A stretch of 64,000 bases of DNA from NCBI GenBank assembly GCA_950097015.1, contig CATNEN010000002.1, positions 1,674,001 to 1,738,000 on the forward strand. The letters run 5' to 3'. Both the position numbers and the translations under genes were made by a program. This DNA comes from Macrostomum hystrix. Its lineage: Eukaryota > Animalia > Platyhelminthes. Under the pieces are notes generated by a model that worked only from the letters and a program-made list of their open reading frames with translations, did not search any database and had not been told where the DNA came from. Below are positions 1-12,800 of this stretch, in pieces (within the stretch, counting starts at the first letter, position 1; every line of letters begins with the position of its first letter).

Positions 1-850
1 GGCCCTCCAGACTTGCGGTCCGCTAAATGAGCTGCAATTCGTTTTACTATTGGACAGCTCTGTGAGACCCAAGGATAAGCAAAATTATCGGCGAATGATT
101 GTGACCAACGGAGGCATTGTGTCATGCATCATTACTAGGAAGGTTAGTGAGAAAATTGCACAGATTTTTATGCTTGCTACTCTAAGCACCTTGGTCACCT
201 TATATCTTACTAATGGGTTGAGAATTAAAGTTAGGTGCACGTTTTTTATTGGCTGAGTTCCGATTGGGCTACGGGGTTAGAAAGTTTTTAAGCAATTAGT
301 CTTATCTGAATAGCTAGAGGGATAGGCAAACTAATAGAGTCCAGGGTAGAAAAGTATGACTCAGAGCCGCGTCTGATTGGCTGAAAGGTCAGGAAAATAC
401 ATTTTAACGAATTTTTAAGGTTGTTAAGCTACCATTCACAATGATAAAAACAGATTAACTACCTGATAGTCTCTGACGGCATTGAGTTGGATAATTCAAA
501 AATTCGTCACGCCCTGAGTCTTGGCAAGCCGGTTGTTCGTCTCGGCTTTCTTGACGCCTGCCTAGCCGCCGGTCGACTAGTAGAAACTGATGAGTTCATT
601 GCGGCCGGCAAATCTGCTAGCAAACTCTTTCAACAAGGAGCCATTCGGAGTGAGTTATCTTGTGCTCATTGTAGTGACTCCATGTATTAATGCGTGTTAA
701 AAAGCAAATACTAATTTGAATTTATCAGTGCCCGAGAAGCCTGATGTACCAATATTTCGGCTGCAGAGTGTTACAAGTTTTCCGGAATCGCCTAAAATCG
801 TTACGCCCAGCGATCGCTTTGAACTGCTCCGGCACGCCATATTTGTTAAG
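1..850 (+). CDS. PARP4: PARP4 exons 1-3: N-terminal BRCT domain and linker
   Basis: [42 protein letters not shown]|[48 protein letters not shown] is a BRCT pattern. Donors at 143, 650 and 851; acceptors before 454 and 729. The first base may be the G of the ATG (inference). Confidence 0.85.
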
Positions 851-3800
851 GTTTGTTTTAACAATTGGAGCAATCGTCTTTAGCTGAATTCTTTGTTAGA
901 TGGGACATGTTAGTCACCTGATTCTTTCAATTAAAGCCACACTTATCTATTTCTATTGCCTGTGAACACTGATGTGTCTTTTTGGCGACAGAAAAGCGAC
1001 TCAAACGCTTCTCAAACGTCCCAAACGCTTCTAAAAAAACTGAAACGCTTCTCTAAAGTCTCAAATTCCACTTTAATGACTTATAGCTTCTCAAACAACT
1101 CAAATGCTTCTTAAACGTCTCAAATTCTCCTCATCTTCTATATAACTAAAGATGAAAACTATCTATATATATGTATGCGCGATCGATTTTCTCAAAAACG
1201 GCTTAACTGATTTTCACTATTTCTTCACCAAAAGATGCCAAATATGGGGACAATTATACACGTATTTTTATTAAGCTTAAATTTATTGCTAAAGGGATTA
1301 AATATTAGAAAAACTGTTTTAGATAGGATTTTTAATGCATTCAACCAGAGCCAGTTTTGTCAACGTGCACACCACTGCCAATTTTAATGATTGCATCAGG
1401 GCCAGTTTTGTTAAAAGTGAGTACACTGATAAGAATTTCACTGTGTCAACCCCACTGGCGAGACAGTCAGTGCGAATTTATTTATAAATAGACTAGCTTT
1501 TTTTGCCCGTTGTTTTTGGGGCAGAAATTTAAAGCAAAGCAGTAAGCAATTCACGTCTCTGTATTAACTTTATAGTGAAGGTCACCATTTATTTATTTAC
1601 TGCATTAATGAAAAGTGAAGAGTTTGTTTAAGGGCGTTCGCGTTTTAAGTAAAAAATAAGTGAAAAGTTTGTCCAAACAGCCCCCTCTTGATTACTTCTT
1701 TAGAAACATGTCTCTTAGCCACTCCTCTATACAGTCAGTGGCAGATCCAGGAATTTTGTTTTGGGGCGGTCTGTCAGGGGAGCGCCATGAGAATCACAGA
1801 GGGGGTGCCAGCGGCCGAAAAAGGGCGCCAGGAGCCAAGAAAGGGCGCCAGCGGCTGAAAAACGGGAGCCAGCGGCTGAAAAAGGGGCGCCAGCGGCCGA
1901 AAAGGGGCGCCAGTGCTGCGACTGGCGCCCCTGGTTGGGGCATCTTATTCCCATGATTAAAATTTAAGGGGGCGACTGCCCCCCCGCCCCCCCCCCTATA
2001 TCTGCCTCTGTATACAGTATGCATGTACACGCGTATACATAAGGAAAATAGCCATGGCACAACAATAACAATGTCAAAGAAACAAAATTAAACTGTTTCA
2101 GAGTTCAGAGTTAGACAGGTCAAGGTCAATTGGTGACTACTTTTCTATTAATTGCTTGCGAGTCACCTCAAGGCCTGGGGATACACCACATTCTTCGTTC
2201 TTCCCCTTGGTGCGAAAATGAATAGGCCAGCTGGAGTTCCAACACGGGAGCAGGCGACATAAAGCTGCCCATGCGAGAAGCAAGGAGTCTCCAGGTTGAT
2301 GCCAGCCACCTTCAGCGACTGTCCCTGAGCCTTGTTAATAGTCATCGCAAAGCACACTCTCACAGGGAACTGCAGTCGCTTGAACTGAAATGGCAGGTCC
2401 GTGGGGATAATTGGAATCCGGGGAACGAACACAGACTCTCCTCTGCCAGATCCAGTCATTATCGTGGCCTCAATCACGTGTGGGAAGAGCCGCCTGACTA
2501 TCAGTCTGGTGCCGTTACACAGCCTTGGCGCATTCAGGTTGCGGAGGAGCATAATTGGTGCCCCAACTTTCAGCTGCAAGTTGTGCGATGGAGTTCCAGG
2601 AGGATCTAGAGAGTTCAGAAACTCAACAGGATACTCCACAGCGGTGTCATCAGTCAACGTTGTATCAATTGACTTGTAGGTGAAAACTGCACCTGGCAAC
2701 TCCTGAAGCAGTTGGTAGTTAATTTCGTTGGCGGCATCATTTCTAGGACACAGAATTGCCCTCTCTGACAGCCAGTCAACGTCAGCATATCGAACCATCA
2801 GGTTCGGGTAAACTTTTGCCTTGAGCTTTTTGACGATTTTTGAGCAGTTTTTTGCACTTTTGAGCAGGAAGGAAATTATTTTTCGGGAATTTGAGTAGCC
2901 TATTGCACTCAGCGTAGGTGGTTTTAGGTATGTGCAAAGTTTGGTGCGATTTGGTTGAGCGGTTTCGGCGTCTATAAAGACAAAAGACAGACACTGGGAC
3001 GCCACCGCACTCACCGCACTCAGTCTCAGTGCTGCTTGGGGGCCAGTAGACAATCTAGGGGTTTGGGCTGTGTACATTCACGGCTTGAAATACAATGTAC
3101 AGTCTGGGGCTTCGGCGCCCGGGGAAGGGAGGGGGGTGGCTGTAATAAAATTTGGCCCGCAGAGTGGCGGAGGGGAGTTGGGGTGGCTGTCCTCGGAAAA
3201 CAAAAAGTGACTCACTTTGAGATGATGCAGCTTTGCTCTGGATTGAGTAGAGATGTTCAAAATTGACAGCATTGTTGGAAAACATGTAAAGTGTAAGTGG
3301 ATCAAATTTGGAGAAAATCTGACAAATTGGGGCGACGATATGTCGAATTGAGTGATTTTTTTACGATTTTTGAGCAGTTTTTTGCACTTTTGAGCAGGAA
3401 GGAAATGATTTTTTCGGGAATTTGAGTAGCCTATTGCACTCAGCGTAGGTGGTTTTAGGTATGTGCAAAGTTTGGTGCGATTTGGTTGAGCGGTTTCGGC
3501 GTCTATAAAGACAAAAGGTTGCACACACACACACACACACACAGACAGACAGAGTTTTCACTTTTATATATATAGATTGCATCACATCTTTTCACACCCA
3601 TGTCAGAATTTCACTGACTGCCGCTAAATTGGAATTGCATCGTCAACTTGCGCAACACTCCCTAGCTGACTGAGTTAGAAGCCTGCACGATCTGGACAGA
3701 ACCTATATTAAGTGTACTCTATTTGTACAAAGCCAGAACTTTGAGAATTCATTTTATAAGGCTAATTTTTGCCTCCACAATCCAACAGTCGGAGTAGCCG

Positions 3801-6800
3801 ATGTGTAGGCACTAGGAATAGGTTAGGCTAGGCAAGGCGAAGTGTCCTTGGTTCGACTCTGCACTGCGTCAAATATTTGAAATAATTTTCAGTCAGTAGT
3901 GATGGATGCAAAGCAAATTTTTTAATTTTAATTTTGGAAATAAGTGGGAAATTTTTAATTCCCTTATGCCAACCCAGAGTTTGAATCATGGCTAAACCCG
4001 AGTTTGAATCAAGGCTAACCCAGAGTTTTAATCATGACTAAACCAGATTTTGAATCATGGTTAAACCAGGGTTTGAATTATGGCTAAACCAGAGTTTAAA
4101 TCATGGCTAAACCAGAGTTTAAATCATGGCTAAACCAGAGTTTAAATCATGGCTAAACCAGAGTTTGAATCATGGCTTACCCAGAGTTTGAATCCTGGCA
4201 AAATCAGAGTTTGAATCATGGCTAAACCAGAGTCTGAATCATGGCTAAACCAGAGTTTCAATCATGGCTAAACCAGAGTCTGAATCATGGCCAAACCAGA
4301 GTTTGAATCATTGCAAAAACAGAGTTTGAATCATGGCTAAACCAGAGTTTGAATCATAGCCCACCAGGGTTTAAAACATGGCGAAACCTGGGTTTGAATC
4401 TTGGCTAACCCAGCGTTTGAAAAATCAACGTCAACTGGGGAGTCATCATCAAAATGGGGATCATGGTGAACTGGGGGATAATCGTCAATCGGAGGATCTT
4501 GGTAAACTGGGGGATAATTGTCAACTGGGGGATCATTGTCAACTGGGGGATCATTGTCAACTGGGGGGTAATGGTCAACTGGGGGATAATCGTCAACTGG
4601 GGGATCATGGTAAACTGGGGGATAATTGTCAACTGGGGGATCATTGTCAACTGGGGGATCATCATCAACTGGGGGATCATTGTGAACTGGGGGATCATTG
4701 TCAACTGGGGGATCATTGTCAACTGTGGGATCATTGTCAACTGGGGGATCATTGTCAACTGGGGGATCATCATCAACTGGGGGATCATTGTGAACTGGGG
4801 GATCTTTGTCAACTGGGGGATAATTGTCAACTAGGGGATCATTGTTGCTATAAAAGTCTGTAAATTCAGCTGCTAAAAAGTATATACTAGACTAATTAAA
4901 AGTATTTCTGCTCCCCGAAGGGGGGCCAAAACTTGCTAGTCCACTATACTAAAAATGAAATGGTTGCTTGGTTGCTTGCTTGCTTGGTTGCTTGCTTGCT
5001 TGTAATTGATTTTCTCCCGAACGGCTCAACCGATTTTCACCATTTCTTCACTAAAATATGCCAAATATGGGCAGAATTTTACACGTATTTTTATTAAGCT
5101 GAACTTTATTGCTAAGGGGATTAAATATTCGAAAAACATTATTTTGTCAAAGGTCAAACCATCTTGGCCTATTGAGAATTTCACTGACAGCCACTGAATT
5201 AGAATTGCATCGTCAAATTGCGCAACAACCCCTAGCTGATTGAATTTGAAGCCTGCACTCTGGAGACAAATTTGAAATAAATGTACACAACCAACTGCGA
5301 GACTGAGTGTACTCTATTTTCTTACTTCATTGTACAAAGCCAGAACTTTGAGAATTCATTTTATAAGGCTGATTTTTGCACCCACTAACCAACAGTCGGA
5401 ATAGCCGATGTGTAGGCACTAGGAATAGGTTAGGCTAGGCTAGGGTTCGATTCTGCACTGGGTCAAATCATTTAGACTAATTTTCAGCCAGTAGTGATTG
5501 AAGATTATTTTATATTATTTTTTATATTTCGTAAATAAAATATCATAAATCATAGCAAATCTGAGTTTGAATCATGGCTAAACCAGAGTTTGAATCATGG
5601 CTAAACCAGCGTCTGAATCATGGCTAAACCAGAGTTTGAATCATGGCTAAACCAGAGTCTGAATCATGGCTAAACCAGAGTTTAAATCATGGCTAAACCA
5701 GAGTCTGAATCATGGCTAAACCAGAGTTTAAATCATGGCTAAACCAGAGTTTGAATCATAGCCAACCAGAGTCTGAATCATGGCAAAACGAGAGTTTGAA
5801 TCATAGCCCACCAGGGTTTAAAACATGGCTAAACCAGGGTTTGAATCATAGCCAACCAGAGTCTGAATCATGGCAAAACGAGAGTTTGAATCATAGCCCA
5901 CCAGGGTTTAAAACATGGCGAAACCAGAGTCTGAATCATGGCTTAACCAGAGTTTGAATCATGGCTAAACCAGAGTCTGAATCATGGCTAAACCAGCGTC
6001 TGAATCATGGCTAAACCAGAGTTTGAACCATGGCTAAACCAGAGTCTGAATCATGGCTAAACCAGAGTTTCAATCATGGCTAAACCAGAGTCTGAATCAT
6101 GGCTAAACCAGAGTTTCAATCATGGCTAAACCAGCGTCTGAATCATGGCTAAACCAGCGTCTGAATCATGGCTAAACCAGAGTTTGAATCATGGCTAAAC
6201 CAGAGTCTGAATCATGGCTAAACCAGCGTCTGAATCATGGCTAAACCAGAGTCTGAATCATGGCTAAACCAGAGTCTGAATCATGGCTAAACCAGAGTTT
6301 GAATCATGGCTAAACCAGAGTTTGAAACATGGCTAAACCAGAGCTTGAATCATGGCAAAACCAGAGTCTGAATCATGGCTAAACCAGAGTCTGAATCATG
6401 GCAAAACGAGAGTTTGAATCATAGCCCACCAGGGTTTAAAACATGGCTAAACCAGAGTTTGAATCTTGGCTAAACCAGAGTTTGAATCATAGCCAACCAG
6501 AGTCTGAATCATGGCAAAACGAGAGTTTGAATCATAGCCCACCAGGGTTTAAAACATGGCGAAACCTGAGTCTGAATCATGGCTAAACCAGAGTTTAAAT
6601 CATGGCTAAACCAGAGTCTGAATCATGGCTTAACCAGAGTTTAAATCATGGCTAAACCAGAGTTTGAAACATGGCTAAACCAGAGCTTGAATCATGGCAA
6701 AACCAGAGTCTGAATCATGGCTAAACCAGAGTTTAAATCATGGCTAAACCAGAGTTTGAATCATAGCCAACCAGAGTCTGAATCATGGCAAAACGAGAGT

Positions 6801-9800
6801 TTGAATCATAGCCCACCAGGGTTTAAAACATGGCTAAACCAGAGTTTGAATCTTGGCTAAACCAGAGTTTGAATCATAGCCAACCAGAGTCTGAATCATG
6901 GCAAAACGAGAGTTTGAATCATAGCCCACCAGGGTTTAAAACATGGCGAAACCAGAGTCTGAATCATGGCTTAACCAGAGTTTGAATCATGGCTAAACCA
7001 GAGTCTGAATCATGGCTAAACCAGCGTCTGAATCATGGCTAAACCAGAGTTTGAACCATGGCTAAACCAGAGTCTGAATCATGGCTAAACCAGAGTTTAA
7101 ATCATGGCTAAACCAGAGTCTGAATCATGGCTAAACCAGAGTTTCAATCATGGCTAAACCAGCGTCTGAATCATGGCTAAACCAGCGTCTGAATCATGGC
7201 TAAACCAGAGTTTGAATCATGGCTAAACCAGAGTCTGAATCATGGCTAAACCAGCGTCTGAATCATGGCTAAACCAGAGTCTGAATCATGGCTAAACCAG
7301 AGTCTGAATCATGGCTAAACCAGAGTCTGAATCATGGCAAAACGAGAGTTTGAATCATAGCCCACCAGGGTTTAAAACATGGCTAAACCAGAGTTTGAAT
7401 CTTGGCTAAACCAGAGTTTGAATCATAGCCAACCAGAGTCTGAATCATGGCAAAACGAGAGTTTGAATCATAGCCCACCAGGGTTTAAAACATGGCGAAA
7501 CCTGAGTTTGAATCTTGGCTAACCCAGTGTTTGAAAAATCAACGTCAACTGGGGAGTCATCATCAAAATGGGGATCATGGTGAACTGGGGGATAATCGTC
7601 AACTGGGGGATCATGGTAAACTGGGGGATAATTGTCAACTGGGGGATCATTGTCAACTGGGGGATCATTGTCAACTGGGGGATCATTGTCAACTGGGGGA
7701 TCATTGTCAACTGGGGGATCATCGTCAACTGGGGGATCATTGTCAACTGGGGTATCATTTTCAACTGGGGGATCATTGTCAACTAGGGGATCATTGTCCA
7801 CTGGGGAATGATTGTCAACTGGGTAATCATGTCAACTGGGGGATCATTGTCAACTGGGGGATCATTGTCAACTGTAGGATCATTGTCAACTAGGGGATCA
7901 TGGCCAACTGGGGATCATTGTGAACTGGGTGATCATTGTCAACTGGGGGATCATCTTCAACTGGGGGATCATTGTCAACTGGGAGATCATTGTAAACTGG
8001 GGGATCATCATCAACTGGGGGATCATTGTCAACTGGGGGATCATTGTCAACTGTAGGATCATTGTCAACTAGGGGATCATGGCCAACTGGGGATCATTGT
8101 GAACTGGGTGATCATTGTCAACTGGGGGATCATCTTCAACTGGGGGATCATTGTCAACTGGGAGATCATTGTAAACTGGGGGATCATCATCAACTGGGGG
8201 ATCATTGTCAACTGTGGGATCATTGTCAACTAGGGGATCATGGCCAACTGGGGATCATTGTGAACTGGGTGATCATTGTCAAATGGGGGATCATCTTCAA
8301 CTGGGTGATCATTGTCAACTGGGGTATCATTGTAAACTGGGGGATCATTGTCCACTGGGGAATGATTGTCAACTGGGTAATCATTGTCAACTGGGTAATC
8401 ATTGTCAACTGGGGGATCATTGTCAACTGGGGGATCATTGTCAACTGGGGGATCATTGTCAACTGGGGGATCATTGTCAACTGGGAGATCATTGTAAACT
8501 GGGGAATCATCATCAACTGGGGGATCATTGTAAACTGGGGGATCATTGTCAACTGTGGGATCATTGTCAACTAGGGGATCATGGCCAACTGGGGATCATT
8601 GTGAACTGGGGGATCATTGTCAACTGGTGGATCATTGTCAACTGGGAGATCATTGTCAACTGGGGGATCATTGTCAACTGGGGGATCATTGTCAACTGGA
8701 GGATCATTGTCAACTGGGTGATCATTATCAACTGGGGGATCATTGTCAACTGGGGGATCATTGTCAACTGTGGGATCATTGTCAACTGGGGGATCATTGT
8801 CAACTGGTGGATCATTGTCAACTGGGAGATCATTGTCAACTGGGGGATCATTGTCAACTGGGGGATCTTTGTCAACTGGGGGATCATTGTCAACTGGGTG
8901 ATCATTATCAACTGGGGGATCATTGTCAACTGGGGGATCATTGTCAACTGGGGGATCATTGTCAACTGGGGGATCATTATCAACTGGGGGATCATTGTCA
9001 ACTGGGGGATCATTATCAACTGGGGGATCATTGTCAACTGTGGGATCATTGTCAACTAGGGGATCATGGCCAACTGGGGATCATTGTGAACTGGGTGATC
9101 ATTGTCAACTGGGGGATCATCTTCAACTGGGTGATCATTGTCAACTGGGGTATCATTGTAAACTGGGGGATCATTGTCCACTGGGGAATGATTGTCAACT
9201 GGGTAATCATTGTCAACTGGGTAATCATTGTCAACTGGGGGATCATTGTCAACTGGGGGATCATTGTCAACTGGGGGATCATTGTCAACTGGGGGATCAT
9301 TGTAAACTGGGGGATCATTTTCAACAGGGAGATCATTGTAAACTGGGGAATCATCATCAACTGGGGGATCATTGTAAACTGGGGGATCATTGTCAACTGT
9401 GGGATCATTGTCAACTAGGGGATCATGGCCAACTGGGGATCATTGTGAACTGGGGGATCATTGTCAACTGGGGGAACATTGTCAACTGGGGGATCATTGT
9501 CAACTGGGAGATCATTGTAAACTGGGGAATCATCATCAACTGGGGGATCATTGTAAACTGGGGGATCATTGTCAACTGTGGGATCATTGTCAACTAGGGG
9601 ATCATGGCCAACTGGGGATCATTGTGAACTGGGGGATCATTGTCAACTGGTGGATCATTGTCAACTGGGAGATCATTGTCAACTGGGGGATCATTGTCAA
9701 CTGGGGGATCATTGTCAACTGGAGGATCATTGTCAACTGGGTGATCATTATCAACTGGGGGATCATTGTCAACTGGGGGATCATTGTCAACTGTGGGATC

Positions 9801-12800
9801 ATTGTCAACTGGGGGATCATTGTCAACTGGTGGATCATTGTCAACTGGGAGATCATTGTCAACTGGGGGATCATTGTCAACTGGGGGATCTTTGTCAACT
9901 GGGGGATCATTGTCAACTGGGTGATCATTATCAACTGGGGGATCATTGTCAACTGGGGGATCATTGTCAACTGGGGGATCATTGTCAACTGGGGGATCAT
10001 TATCAACTGGGGGATCATTGTCAACTGGGGGATCATTATCAACTGGGGGATCATTGTCAACTGATCATTGTAGCGCAAAAAAGGCTGACAATACAGCTGC
10101 TAAAAAGTATATACTGGACGAGTTAAAAATATTTCTGCTCCCCGAAGGGGGGCAAAACTTGCTAGTCTACTATACTAAAAATGAAATGCTTGCTTGGTTG
10201 GTTGTAATTGATTTTCTTCCAAACGGCTCAACCGATTTTCACCATTTCTTCACCAAAAGATGCCAAATATGGGGAGAATTATACACGTATTTTTATTAAG
10301 CTTAACTTTATTGCTAAAGGGATTAAATATTCGAAAAACATGATTTTTCAAAGGTCAAACCATCTTGGCCTATTGAGAATTTTACTCACTGCCACTGAAT
10401 TAGAATTGCATCGTCAAATTGCGCAACAACCCCTAGCTGATTGAATTTGAAGCCTGCACTCTGGAGACAAATTGGAAATAAATGTACACAACCAACCGCA
10501 AGACTGAGTGTACTCTATTTTCTTACTTCATTGTACAAAGCCAGAACTTTGAGAATTCATTTTATAAGGCTGATTTTTGCACCCACTAACCAACAGTCGG
10601 AATAGCCGATGTGTAGGCACTAGGAATAGGTTAGGCTAGGCTAGGGTTCGATTCTGCACTGCATCAAATCATTTAGACTAATTTTCAGCCAGTAGTGATT
10701 GAAGACTATTTTATATTATTTTTTTCATTTCGTAAATAAAATATCATAAATCATAGCAAACCTGAATTTGAATCATGGCAAAAATAGAGCTTGAATCATG
10801 GCTAAACCAGCGTCTGAATCATGGCTAAACCAGAGCTTGAATCATGGCTAAACTGGAGTCTGAATCATGGCTAAACCAGAGTCTGAATCATGGCTAAACC
10901 AGCGTCTGAATCATGGCTAAACCAGAGTCTGAATCATGGCTAAACCAGAGTCTGAATCATGGCTAAACCAGAGTCTGAATCATGGCTTAACCAGAGTTTG
11001 AATCATGGCTAAACTGGAGTCTGAATCATGGCTAAACCAGAGTCTGAATCATGGCTAAACCAGAGTCTGAATCATGGCTTAACCAGAGTTTGAATCATGG
11101 CTAAACCAGAGTCTGAATCATGGCTAAACCAGAGTCTGAATCATGGATAAACCAGAGTCTGAATCATGGCTAAACCAGCGTCTGAATCATGGCTAAACCA
11201 GAGTTTGAATCATGGCTAAACCAGAGTTTGAATCATGGCTTAACCAGAGTTTGAATCATGGCTAAACCAGAGTCTGAATCATGGCTTAACCAGAATTTAA
11301 ATCATGGCTAAACCAGAGTCTGAATCATGGCTTAACCAGAGTCTGAATCATGGCTAAACCAGAGTTTGAATCATGGCTTAACCAGAGTTTGAATCATGGC
11401 TAAACCAGAGTCTGAATCATGGCTAAAATAGAGTCTGAATCATGGCTAAACCAGAGTCTGAATCATGGCTAAACCAGAGTCTGAATCATGGCTAAACTAG
11501 AGTCTGAATCATGGCTAAACCAGAGTCTGAATCATGGCTAAACCAGAGTTTGAATCATGGCTAAACCAGAGTTTGAATCATGGCTTAACCAGAGTTTGAA
11601 TCATGGCTAAACCAGAGTCTGAATCATGGCTTAACCAGAATTTAAATCATGGCTAAACCAGAGTCTGAATCATGGCTTAAACAGAGTCTGAATCATGGCT
11701 AAACCAGAGTCTGAATCATGGCTAAACTGGAGTCTGAATCATGGCTAAACCATAGTCTGAATCATGGCTAAAATAGAGTCTGAATCATGGCTAAACCAGA
11801 GTCTGAATCATGGCTAAACCAGAGTCTGAATCATGGCTAAACTAGAGTCTGAATCATGGCTAAACCAGCGTCTGAATCATGGCTAAACCAGAGTTTGAAT
11901 CATGGCTAAACCAGAGTTTCAATCATGGCTAAACCAGCGTCTGAATCATGGCTAAACCAGCGTCTGAATCATGGCTAAACCAGCGTCTGAATCATGGCTA
12001 AACCATAGTCTGAATCATGGCTAAAATAGAGTCTGAATCATGGCTAAACCAGAGTCTGAATCATGGCTAAACTAGAGTCTGAATCATGGCTAAACCAGAG
12101 TTTGAATCATGGCTAAACTAGAGTCTGAATCATGGCTAAACCAGAGTCTGAATCATGGCTAAACTAGAGTCTGAATCATGGCTAAACCAGCGTCTGAATC
12201 ATGGCTAAACCAGAGTTTGAATCATGGCTAAACCAGAGTTTCAATCATGGCTAAACCAGCGTCTGAATCATGGCTAAACCAGCGTCTGAATCATGGCTAA
12301 ACCAGAGTTTGAATCATAGCCAACCAGAGTCTGAATCATGGCAAAACGAGAGTTTGAATCATGGCTAAACCAGAGTCTGAATCATGGCTAAACCAGAGTC
12401 TCAATCATGGCAAAACCAGAGTCTGAATCATGGCTAAAATAGAGTCTGAATCATGGCTAAACCAGAGTCTGAATCATGGCTAAACCAGAGTCTGAATCAT
12501 GGCTAAACTAGAGTCTGAATCATGGCTAAACCAGAGTCTGAATCATGGCTAAACCAGAGTTTGAATCATGGCTAAACCAGAGTTTGAATCATGGCTTAAC
12601 CAGAGTTTGAATCATGGCTAAACCAGAGTCTGAATCATGGCTTAACCAGAATTTAAATCATGGCTAAACCAGAGTCTGAATCATGGCTGAAACAGAGTCT
12701 GAATCATGGCTAAACCAGAGTCTGAATCATGGCTAAACTGGAGTCTGAATCATGGCTAAACCATAGTCTGAATCATGGCTAAAATAGAGTCTGAATCATG

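Larger units (their letters stand above)
1493..3576 (-). mobile_element. Helitron deletion derivative with a RepHel helicase remnant, nested in copy A
   Basis: Minus-strand 5' a|TCTATATATATAAAAGTG at 3576 and 3' gccc..gggc hairpin plus CTAG|t at 1493. Contains an internal duplication of about 160 bp (2830-2990 and 3360-3520). Confidence 0.85.
1162..4939 (+). mobile_element. Non-autonomous Helitron, copy A (interrupted by nested elements)
   Basis: 5' a|TCTATATATAT; 3' hairpin ccccgaagggg followed by aaaacttgCTAG. Internal sequence is shared with copies B and C and carries the 23-bp and 18-bp arrays. Confidence 0.8.
4940..10165 (+). mobile_element. Non-autonomous Helitron, copy B
   Basis: Starts TCCACTATACTAAAAATG directly after copy A's CTAG and ends ccccgaagggggg-caaaacttgCTAG. 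Confidence 0.85.
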
